From Trichoplax sp. H2 (lineage: Eukaryota), in NCBI GenBank assembly GCA_003344405.1, contig NOWV01000218.1, forward strand, positions 1 through 64,000: 64,000 nt of DNA. The letters run 5' to 3'. The notes under the pieces were generated by a model. It searched no databases and was not told where the DNA came from. It worked only from the letters and a program-made list of their open reading frames with translations. The stretch's first letter is position 1, and the number at the start of each line of letters is the position of its first letter. Shown piece after piece: positions 37,699 through 48,875 of the stretch. The position numbers and the translations under genes were made by a program.

Positions 37699-40600
37699 TC
37701 AAGTTTGTAATTTAAGGACTAATTTAGCTTCCTTGAATGGCTTCCGGCAGCATCTTCTCAAACATGTTCGCGTAAAATTGTTTCTTAATCGTCTAAGAAA
37801 TAGTAACATACGTACCTTTACAGGATGTAATTACAATTATTTCGTAAAATATGTCAAAGTATAAGCTAATTTATAAAAAGAGAAGCAAAGGTAAATATTT
37901 ACGAACTTTAGATACGGTGTCGCGCGTAAGTGGTAATCCTCGAGTGATACCAGAAATTGTTGATTTTTGGGCCTTCTTGGCGTAGTTTTGCGTGCTTGGT
38001 CCATAATGTGTCTCATTGTCCGTACAGTGGCTGGTAGATGAGAATACTTACCGTTCCTCCTAGGAGTGGTAACAACAGGGGTATGACGTGATCTAGATGG
38101 CCGCTGAGGGCTTTTTCTTTCGACAGTAGATGTTCTAGTTGTATCTTTAGATGAATTCACAGTTGTCCTTGTACCTTTATCTTCATCATCTAGTTGAATT
38201 GCAAGCCATTAGTTTGATTTCAGAACTATCGTTTTATGTTATGATACCATGTAATATGCATAGATTTAATCAGTGATAGTCCTATCTAAGTGATAACAAA
38301 CCTGAATACACAGCTTTGCTCCTGTTGTTCTCTGGATTGGAATCAATCACTCTATCGGTTCCAGGCTGATTATCTTCGAGCGCATGATCATCGCTCTCGT
38401 TTTCTGCAATTTGACCTACTGATGTATCTAGATTTTTTTCAACCCGGCTTAACTTTTTTACAACATCGGCTATCGACGGGCGATTTTTTTGAGGAATAAC
38501 AAATCTTTGGTACGGTATAGTTCCAATTTTTAAATCTGAGCAGGTTATTAATTTGAAATATGCTAATATCAGTAATGATTTTATTTCCCAGCATTATTCT
38601 AACAAGGACGAATTTATAGCCCTTACAAAGTGTTTGAATTGCGGTGATGTCAATAGCATCTAGTGGCTTTCTGGCCATATGTTTAATAGTCTTTAACTGT
38701 TTATACAATCTTCTAGCTATTTTTGTAGCTAACGTCGAACGCATCGAAAATTCGACCTTAGGTCGTAGTTGTGATGCCTTGGAAATTTTTTTTACTGGCG
38801 GTACCATATCATGAGTTAAGGATAAGTGACGATTCAAGCAGTGTTTACTTTTAAAAACCTAGATAAATCATTGAATAAGGGTGTAAATTTTGACGTTACT
38901 TTGTAAAATGGGAAACGATGTAGGAATTTTAATACCTTTGTACAATCAGCAACAGTGCACTCGAATGGCCGATGTAATGCTTGATGATTTGCATGTTCCT
39001 CTAAGTTAACGATTTGTCATGTTTACAGATGTTGTGATATTTATGTACTCGTATCAATAAAAATATCAAGCTTAAACAAATATTTTAATCCATTAGTTAA
39101 TTGCGTTTACCTTGATTCAAGTAGATTTTTCCACATTCTTTACGTCTATAACAATCTCCAGTTTCTAAGCTTATGGTTGATCGAGTAGTTATGCCTGTAC
39201 TTGTTGTGGAATTGGAGGTAACGCCAGCGCAAGTAGTCGGATCGCTACTGTTAACTGGATTAGTTTCAGCCTCTACCAAAGTAATTCAAGTTTACAATAA
39301 AATTAGTCCAAATTATAACTTTCCACTTTACTGTAAACATTATTAACGGAAATTTGTGAATATCACCTTTAGGAATTATTTTAAAACATCCAAATTTCTT
39401 CCAGTACCACCAACAATTAGAACATAATTTACAATTTGAATTAGCAACATTCCATGTATGCCAAGAAGTTGAAGATGTTATCGAGCAATTGATACAGTTT
39501 TGGAACTGGTTTAACCAATCTTGTACCCGCGAATCCGGGCCATTTCCGTTCATAATAGCCACTTTTTTCGAATTAGCGGTAGTATTTTCAGATCTAGATT
39601 CTCTGCCATTTCAGTGCAAAATTTTTCGATATAATTTTAAGATAATGAAGTAAAAATTAGTATTACATGTCTTTATTAGAAACGTTCCATAAACTTCTGT
39701 AAAGGTCGAATCTTTTGAAAACAATAGATTTATACAGGAAGTATTTGACATTAAATTTCTATCTTTGTGTAACAATGTTATAAATCGGATAGAGTACCTT
39801 GGGGTTATGGTAATCTGCTTGACACTATGTTGCTTTGTTAGTACTTTCAGTCTTTTCTATAACAAAGATCCAAAATGATGAATCGAAATAGAGGCATCCA
39901 TTTTTCTACAAGCGATTTATCGCATATCTGATTTCAATTACCTGCTCTAGATAACGATCGCTTGTTTTCCACATGTAGTAGTACTCGATAATACATCCAA
40001 TCGGTTTCCAAGGTAGCTGCGCATATGTCGTATGTGGATATTATAATTATGAAAGAGATAGATACATTTAAGTTCAAATAAACGTGGATGAGAAATATTA
40101 TAAAAGGAAAACTTGCATACAAATTCTTGTTGAAGATCTAGAAAATCCTTTCCGTATTTATGCAATCCTTCCTCGAAGCGTTTTGCTTCATCTTAGCATG
40201 AAATAATACTGTGTATTAGAAGCATCGAAGTACGAAATGGCAAAGTTTTGTAAAGTCACTACAAAATAAATTGTTACCAATTGACCATTGTTCCATTTCA
40301 TCCATGCAATAGACTGGCCCAGTGGCAGGTACTAATGATGAAGTAGCTTTGGCTATATCGTAGGAATTCTCATGTAAAGTTTTCATTGCAAATAGCTATA
40401 GTTTTATAAATTAAATAATTTATGCAACGCATTAAGAATTAAACAACATCCAATTTTAGAGATAATAATAATAATATTTATGGTTACAAGACTAACCCGT
40501 GTCGTATCACGACAGGCAGCAGCAGCTGTAATGTGTAAACTTGGCTGGGTAATAGAAGTGCTCTGCTCTAATGCACGTGCAAATGTTCCAACGGATCTGT

Positions 40601-43600
40601 AGTTGTAATAAATTTTTATTGGATAGTAAATCGAAATACTATCTAGAACTATTCGATGTTATTTTAATGCTCACTTTGTAACCAATCCGAACTGGTCAAT
40701 TTCTTCGTCAGTCAATAAATTGTTAGAAGTCCATTGTAGTGTTTCGACATCTTCGCAAATAGTATGATCCACTAATGATGACACGTTGCGAAAATAAAGT
40801 TAGGTTAAAGTTTTCAATAAGAGTATGATATCTCTGCTAACAATACCTTCTGTAGTATCCATTGGAACAACAGCTTGATAATCAGAACCAATACGAATAT
40901 TGGCTTGATCAGGTACAAGCGTTTTTAGTTGTGGATCAAATATTAAAGTGTAATAGAAAGTATCCTAGTAACAAGACAAAAGATCTTAAATTAATTATTT
41001 ATGATCGCCCCCATTTAGTAGATTTTTTTTAAATATCGTTTCAGATGTAGATTGCTTAATCCATTTTCCCTTTGTATATATCTTTCCAAATAAAATAATA
41101 ACTTTCTGTCTAAGATCGCTACAGATCTGTTATAAATATGCTATCCTTGTACCTAATCAAGGCAGTGCAAATCGCAAGATTGTATTGTTGTTGCTGCTGT
41201 ATCGCTTACAGTAATAAAAAGCTTGCAAGGTGTTATCTCTACACTTTTTATCTATAGAACAATTTATGCGAATTTATCTATTGTGTCTTTCTCTTTTAAT
41301 TAAAGATTCGATGAAAAAAATATTAATAATCAGATTGATAAGATAGTAACACTTACAGGTTCCTTTAAATAATTGTCGATGGTTTCTACTTCACTTAAAA
41401 GTCTAACCGTACATTTCCCACGGATACAGCTAGTAGGTAGTGATTCTATATGGCGCGATAGAAATACTTCACGATGCTTGAATTCAGTTAAAGCAGTTTC
41501 ATCAGTCATTTCAGGATTGTTGTCTTGCCTTAATTGATAGTTCGTGGCTATAATAGAATCAGGTAAATGTAGATAACATATTTTATAAGACATTAATGGT
41601 TGAATTGATTCACGGTTATTTTCATGAAAACCGGTAATATCGAGCAAAGCAATGACCAATGATCTTATTGGTATTAAATTACCTATACTTCTATCTGCAA
41701 GAGCGTGTAAAGCTTGAGGTAGATCGCGACGTCGATAGTAGCATAAAGCTCTAACTTCAAAGTTACCATCAGGTAGCTGTGTTTTAATTATTTCCAAATA
41801 ATGTGAAGACGGTATGAGATATAAATAGTGAGTTTCACTTGGTATTTTGTTTCAGGCTGAAATTACAGTATTATACAGACTAGTGTCGTGGTATAGCACC
41901 GTTGTTAAAAAAATACCAAAGACGATAGTAGCCTTGTTTCACTAATTACTAAGCAAGATCAATTTATTAATATACAGACATATTAAAAGTAGTGATACTT
42001 GAAAGTCTTGATGATACTTTATTGGTAAGATAAACGTTGGAAAGACAAAAAGGTATTAAATTAACGATTCTCCTCATTATTTCCATCTACGATTTTACCT
42101 TGATAAATTCTTTAATCCGTCTAATCTGGTAAGGAGTCTGTGATTCCGAAGATGTCTCAAAATAGCCATAATCTAGAATTGATAGGAAAATGTATAATTA
42201 AAACTTAGTTTAACCGTTGAATAGATGATTGCAGTATTTCTTGTAGGAGTTAGGTGGGGAAGACATGATTGTCTGATTATTTTATGTGTTTGACGCTATA
42301 ATTTACATCAAGGTACTTTCGTATTGGTTAGCTATACAACGGTATAGGATGAACTGGATTTCTATCGTGTAGATAGCTTTAATAATTATTGATAAATATT
42401 TACGAGTAACGTAGCATGCTTTGGAGGATGTTTAAAAGTAGTATTATTAGTCTATGATAAGGAGTGTATTAATTAAAAAGTATCAAAATACTGTGTGATA
42501 GACCATTTGTAAATATTGTCGAATATACGCGTATATTCATGAATTCAAGGTATAGAAATAAGTGTCCTATTTTAAAATGTGTCAATGTCTCAGTATAAGG
42601 CAACATTTTGGATATTGGAGGATAGTTGACGGTACATTATGTTGTGTCTTTCCTAGTTGAATGAAACTGGCTTGATATTCATCTCCTTTTAGTATCGATT
42701 TGGACCATGAGTAATATACATATTATGGCATGATTAATTTATCGACATTATAAGGTTTAGCATATCCTTGTTAAGTTTAAGTTTTACGTCCATTGAATAG
42801 TGCGTCAATCCTGTATTGCAAATTCTAGGCAAAAATGGTTACGTATCGTCCAATTTTCGTTCTTAATCAGTGAAATTGTTCTCTTGTAGTAGACGATATG
42901 AACCGATAGAAAGATTGCTAGTTGCAGGAACGCAACGTACGCAAATGGATGAAATTTACCATTCAGTCTATATATGTATAGTTTACTGTAGTCCATAAAA
43001 ATGATGAATATTGATGTTCTATCCATGTTATTGCCAGTTAACTATGACTAATGATGATGATAATTCTTGCAAATTGTGGGCGAGAAAGGATATTGAAGTA
43101 TTGTCACAGTTGTGACTAATGACTGTCATTGTCTGTTGAATATGCTCTATATTGGAGTGGTGCTATTTTTTTCAATAGTATGGTATCATGTTCTTTTTGT
43201 AAGTTTGTTCAAACTGTATCGAATGTATTGATCTACATAGTTCATGTTCATCAAACCAATACTCTTATCGTAATTTATCATCCATTGTTGGTCAAGTGAT
43301 TATTGATACTAATCAATAAAATTGCTCTCTTTTAGTCAATGATGTCAACTAGATCGTCAGTAAAGATGCAAGCTACAAATGACAGTTATTCTCGTGTACG
43401 TCTAACTATCGAGCTTAGTCCATAAAATGAAGATAAATTTGGCTACCTTAGCTTATCATGTTGGTACTAGCTAACTGCCAGAGTGATTTATCACCAATGT
43501 TGTCGATGAGAAAGAAGATGCAAGTAATATCATGGATAGAAGAATGGCTCATTTTCTGTTGAATATCCACCATGACTGAACGGCTTATTTACTCATGGTA

Positions 43601-44761
43601 CGGTATGACGTTATTTTCAAAAGTTTGTCAAAGTTTTCTTGCATGAGTTGATCTCCATCTTGATTGCTAGCCTAATCAATACTCTTTACTCTATAATTTC
43701 CTACTACTGTATTCAAATTATTGCAATTCTTAGTTCAAATAACGCTACGTACTTATTCTTTGTCTCTTTCTTTTTATTGATATTGATGGCTTGGCATAAG
43801 CAAGAGTACTGTAAGCAGCATGCATTGGTAGGATGCTAGTTGAAGAAAATGCAATCTATCACTAAAGTGAACTGTTTCATGTACAAGTATATAGCCTAAT
43901 CGATGGGACTTTATCAAGATTAATGTCCTACCCTTCACTTATTACTGTTGGCGACACAATAAATGATCATTTGGTTCAAGGCTAGAATGAGAAAGGGTTG
44001 TAAACTACAATATTGTCATGATGATGAATGATGACTATCATGTAGCAATTTTGCCTATGGTATCGTGTCGTGTTCTCCTAACCTAGTTGATGCTGTTTAA
44101 AACGTATTTATTTCCATCTTGATTGCTAATTGAGTCCATGGTTATCCTTTAATTACCTCCTATCATTGAGTATTATTATTCCTTGATACAATCATCATTT
44201 TATCTTCTTCTCTGGCTCTTGATGTTGATCAATGCAATGGCAGTCGTCTTATGATCAACGTATACGATTACTGATGGTAGAAATAAAGTCTATACGTAAC
44301 ATCAACGCATTCTTTATCTTACTGTATAGCTTAATAGATGGGAAAATCTGTCTCGATGAATGAATTCTTTCTATCCTCTTCCTACTCGCCAAACGAGAAG
44401 AGGACTATTTTGGGTTGAAAAGCGAGAAAGGCAAGAGGATTGTCATAGTAACCAATGAAGACTGTCCCTTGGGTTGACTACCCTGGATGATATTATGCCG
44501 CATTTGCCGATACTATCGTATCCTATTCTATTTCTAAGCTGGTTGAAATTGATGTTGGATTACTAGTCTACAGGATATACTGCATGGCTAGCATGACCAT
44601 TGGGCTATATTAGCAAGTATCGATAGGAAAAGTTTCCAAATCGAGAAGCAAGTACGACAAGAAATTCCATCGATATCACTGACAATCTACTCACCTCCAA
44701 CATGGTAGACCACGGCGTCACTTTGAGCTTCAAGAGAGACTTTTGGAGATTTTTGTGCCAT
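37699..44761 (-). CDS. MTA1: Metastasis-associated protein (NuRD subunit; BAH-ELM2-SANT-GATA zinc finger plus C2H2 fingers)
   Basis: Exon 1 (44695-44761) MAQK...VYHVG|DYGYFE...[93 protein letters not shown]-like CINC...[15 protein letters not shown]. Last exon 37699-37792. It represents the MTA1/2/3 family as a whole; the symbol is nominal. Confidence 0.94.
43650..44345. repeat. Old diverged duplication (~440-460 bp period) in MTA intron 1
   Basis: Shared anchors: tccatcttgattgcta (43654, 44113) and atagc(c/t)taat(c/a)gatggga (43891, 44326). Confidence 0.5.
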
Positions 44762-45270
44762 TGCTGTAACAAATTCTCTCAAGTCTTCCCTTGATTTCCA
44801 ATTTGGCCTCTTTCTTTTAGCTATTGGCTGTTCTTCGCTTAATGGTGGCTTGCTTTTTCTTCACTTTGGACTTGCAATGGCTCCAATAGTTGGCAGTTGA
44901 ATGAGATTGTTCGCTGAATGAGAGGCTACAGTATCATCGACGATCTAGTGTATTGCATACTGTATAGTTATCAGTATGGAAGATTATTGATCCCTTTTGA
45001 AGGCGGGTTGACTGCACTGACCAGGGTGTTGAAAGCCATGTCATAGTGAAATCGATCGAGACGGTCAGTGTTGATACTAATTCCTCTAGATGCTATCGGT
45101 GTATTGGATACTAGATAGTCTTGTCGATCCACTTGGGTACGGTACTCATTGTGGTCTCGTTCGGCTCCAAACCCGGACTGCATTCGGACCGCACTGGATC
45201 GGATCCGGATCGGACCCACCTCGGACAGTTGGCCATCACCTTATATTCTGTCTACTAGGATGGAAGAGAC

Positions 45271-46570
45271 GAAGACAACTTTTCACTTTACTAAAAGAAA
45301 AACCTTTTAATGTACTAAAACAAGATGTTTTAGTACTTGAGGATAGTGCCCAACTAGCAGCTCATTTGGATGGCAATCGCGGGCAGGATAGTGTTTTCTT
45401 TCCCATTTCAAGAGAACCTTTTAATGTACTAAAACAAGATGTTTTAGTAGTTGAGGATCATGCCCAACTAGCAGCTCATTTGGATGGCAATCGCGGACAG
45501 GATAGTGCTTTCTTTCCCATTTCAAGAGAACCTTTTAATGTACTAAAACAAGATGTTTTAGTAGTTGAGGATCATGCCCAACTAGCAGCTCATTTGGATG
45601 GCAATCGCGGACAGGATAGTGCTTTCTTTCCCATTTCAAGAAAACCTTTTAATGTACTAAAACAAGATGTTTTAGTAGTTGGGGATCATGCCCAACTAGC
45701 AGCTCATTTGGACGGCAATCGCGGACAGGATAGTGCTTTCTTTCCCATTGCAAGAAAACCTTTTAATGTACTAAAACAAGATGTTTTAGTAGTTGAGGAT
45801 CATGCCCAACTAGCAGCTCATTTGGATGGCAATCGCGGGCAGGATAGTGTTTTCTTTCCCATTTCAAGAGAACCTTTTAATGTACTAAAACAAGATGTTT
45901 TAGTAGTTGAGGATCATGCCCAACTAGCAGCTCATTTGGATGGCAATCGCGAACAGGATAGTGTTTTATTTCCCATTGACGGTTCAGTTGAGGTGACCAG
46001 AAGACAACCTTTCACTTTACTAACAGAAAAACCTTTTAATGTACTAAAAGAAGACGTTTTAGTAGTTGAAGATAATGCACAACTAGCAGCTCATTTGGAT
46101 GGCAATCGCGGACAGGATAGTGTTTTCTTCCCATTTCAAGAAAACCTTTTAATGTACTAAAACAAGATGTTTTAGTAGTTGAGGATAATGCCCAACTAGC
46201 AGCTCATTTGGATGGCAATCGCGGACAGGATAGTGCTTTCTTTCCCATTTCAAGAAAACCTTTTAATGTACTAAAACAAGATGTTTTAGTACTTGAGGAT
46301 AATGCCCAACTAGCAGCTCATTTGGATGGCAATCGCGGGCAGGATAGTGTTTTATTTCCCATTGACGGTTCAGTTGAGATAACCAGAAGACAACCTTTCA
46401 CTTTACTAAAAGAAAAACCGACATAATGTAGTAATAGAAAACCTTTTAATGTACTAAAACAAGATGTTTTAGTAGTTGAAGATAATGCCCAACTAGCAGC
46501 TCATTTGGATGGCAATCGCGGACAGGATAGTGCTTTATTTCCCATTGATGGCTCAATTGAGATGACCAGC
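45271..46570 (+). repeat. 114-bp minisatellite array (~10 units) with 159-, 113- and 183-bp variants; one + frame is open (38-aa repeat)
   Basis: aaccttttaatgtactaaaa anchors at 45301, 45415, 45529, 45643, 45757, 45871, 46030, 46143, 46257 and 46440. Confidence 0.97.
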
Positions 46571-47614
46571 AGCAGAATTTGTTGCATCTTTTTACTATAC
46601 CTTACCGCCGCTGCCTCCTTTTCCAAAAGTTCCCCCACCGACTGAATGTGTTAAAACAAACGCTTGCATAACCAAGTGGTGCACCGTGTCTCTTTTTTTA
46701 TCTTGCAGCAGCACTGTAAAGCTACTGTAGGGATGGCATGGATTGGGTCATTAAGATCAAAATATAACGACAGCAATAGGAGGACGACGAATGAAATAGA
46801 TAAATCACTTGCACAATATATTGTGTTGAAAAATTGGCACTACTTGAACAATCCTTCTTGATTAGCCGATAGCTTTTCCATTATTTTGCCTCAGTGACCT
46901 TGCAAATTCATCTTCTATCCTTGCATTCGCCTTCTTGCACTGCATAGGATGATATAAATACCGTAAATACTGTACAGTAGAATGAATTTGCAAGATTGGA
47001 GACTTTGATCGTCGCTAATCATTCATACTGTGGTCGCTGTTGTGCATGCACTGTTGCACACTCATTGCACAGTAGACCCAATCATCCGATAATTGTGTCT
47101 TCAAATGTACAATTCTAACAGGCTGATCAGTGATGATAACTGCTATTGCTGTTCAATAAACTGCGCACATATCGAAGCCGACAATTTCAGTCAGTATCAG
47201 CTGCAGGGATTACTTGATCAGCTGTAGTAGGAAAGAGATTGTGAACCACCGTAGAGTTATGTATAATTGAATATACAACTAATTTGGACTACTGGCGATG
47301 CAATCAATAAATACATTACAGTACAATGAATTTGCAAGATTGGAGCGTTATTTCTCTACTGTACTGTAGATCAATTCATATTGAGTAGAATCTAGCTAAT
47401 TTTGTCCATCGCGCAAGTTGTCTCCATTCCAATTGTGCCCAACCTCTCGAGCTCAGCAAAGTCAAGCCGAAACCCGACTTGAAATCAACTCGAGCCAAGG
47501 CGGTTTTCGTCTTGACAATTTCTGTATCACTACACAGTATTTGTATGGCGATTGTACTCATTTTGGGTTAAAAAATCGATAATTGCAATCGGGTTCATAT
47601 TTCCAACGCAGGCC

Positions 47615-48372
47615 AATCTGCTAAGGCTACAGTAGGTTGTGCATCGTAGAGTACACCGTTCTAGTGTTACAGTAGAGTAAAGTGGCCAGCGTATTTGCAA
47701 AGATCCTTGCAAATCTACTAAGGCTACACTTGGTTGTGCATGGTAGAGTACACCGTTCTAGTGGTAACCCTGTAGAGTAAAATGGCCAGGATCCTTGCAA
47801 AGATCATTGCAAATCTGCTAAGGCTACAGTAGGTTGTGCATGGTAGAGTATACTGGTCTAGTGGTAGAGTAGAGTAAAATGGCCAGGATCCTTGCAAAGA
47901 TCTGCGCAAATCTGCTAAGGCTACAGTAGGTTGTGCATCGTAGAGTACACCGTTCTAGCGGTCGAGTAGAGTAAAATGGCCAGCATCTTTGCAAGGATCC
48001 TTGCAAATTTGCTAAGGCTACAGTAGGTTGTACATCGTAGAGTACACCGTTCTAGCGGTCGAGTAGAGTAAAATGGCCAGGCATCCTTGCAAATCTGCTA
48101 AGGCTACAGTAGGTTGTGCATCGTAGAGTACGCCATTCTAGTGGTAGAGTAGAATGGCCAGCATATTTGCAAGGATCCTTACAAATCTGCTAAGACTAAA
48201 GTAGATTGTGCATCGTAGAGGACACCGTTCTAGTGGTAGAGTAGAGTAAAATGGCCAGCATATTTGCAAGGATCCTTACAAATCTGCTAAGACTAAAGTA
48301 GATTGTGCATCGTAGAGGACACCGTTCTAGTGGTAGAGTAGAGTAAAATGGCCAGCATCTTTGCAAGCATCC
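47615..48372. repeat. ~97-bp minisatellite array, 8 units, with palindromic junctions
   Basis: aatctgctaaggctacagtagg-type anchors at 47615, 47712, 47812, 47909, 48006, 48092, 48184 and 48281. Confidence 0.97.
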
Positions 48373-48875
48373 ATGGAAGTCGAGTTGCGATCAAATGAGC
48401 ATTAGTCACTGCTATAGTAACTGCAGGGAGGCAAGTGTCAAGGCTGTTGTATCAACTGGTCAAACATGCCTGCCCTGTCGATATAACATCGCAAACATGA
48501 CTGCTGCTAATAGCGTACCCACTCAATCATCGCTAACGGCAACTACTTTTCAATCATTTTATAGCAGAAATGAATGAACTAGACGATAGAGTAATTGCTA
48601 GGCAACGCAGCTAGACAAGATCGATCTAGGCTACTCATTACTGTAGAGGAATGGACTTTTAGACTCGATGCAATGCAATTTCTATCTTGTTGAGCTTGAG
48701 AAACGATTGCATTCAAGAGAAATTGGACTGTATAAGGGATAGAAAAGCCATCAGTCGTGGCCAGTGATGCTCAGTCATGCACTAATCTATTGCATACTCT
48801 TACCACGCGCCATCTTCATTCTAAAATTTTATTTGCCTTTCATCATGATCGCTTAATTATTGACTTGATAGAAGA

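Noticed and set aside
45299..45412. Resemblance of the repeat peptide (E/K)PFN...VED...LD to tubulin EPYN...VEN...ID
   Set aside because: Few identities, and on the opposite strand to the HSVGGGT-like fragment, so likely chance.
45271..48372. Tandem arrays as CRISPR-like loci
   Set aside because: Units repeat in full with no unique spacers, there are no cas genes, and the context is eukaryotic.
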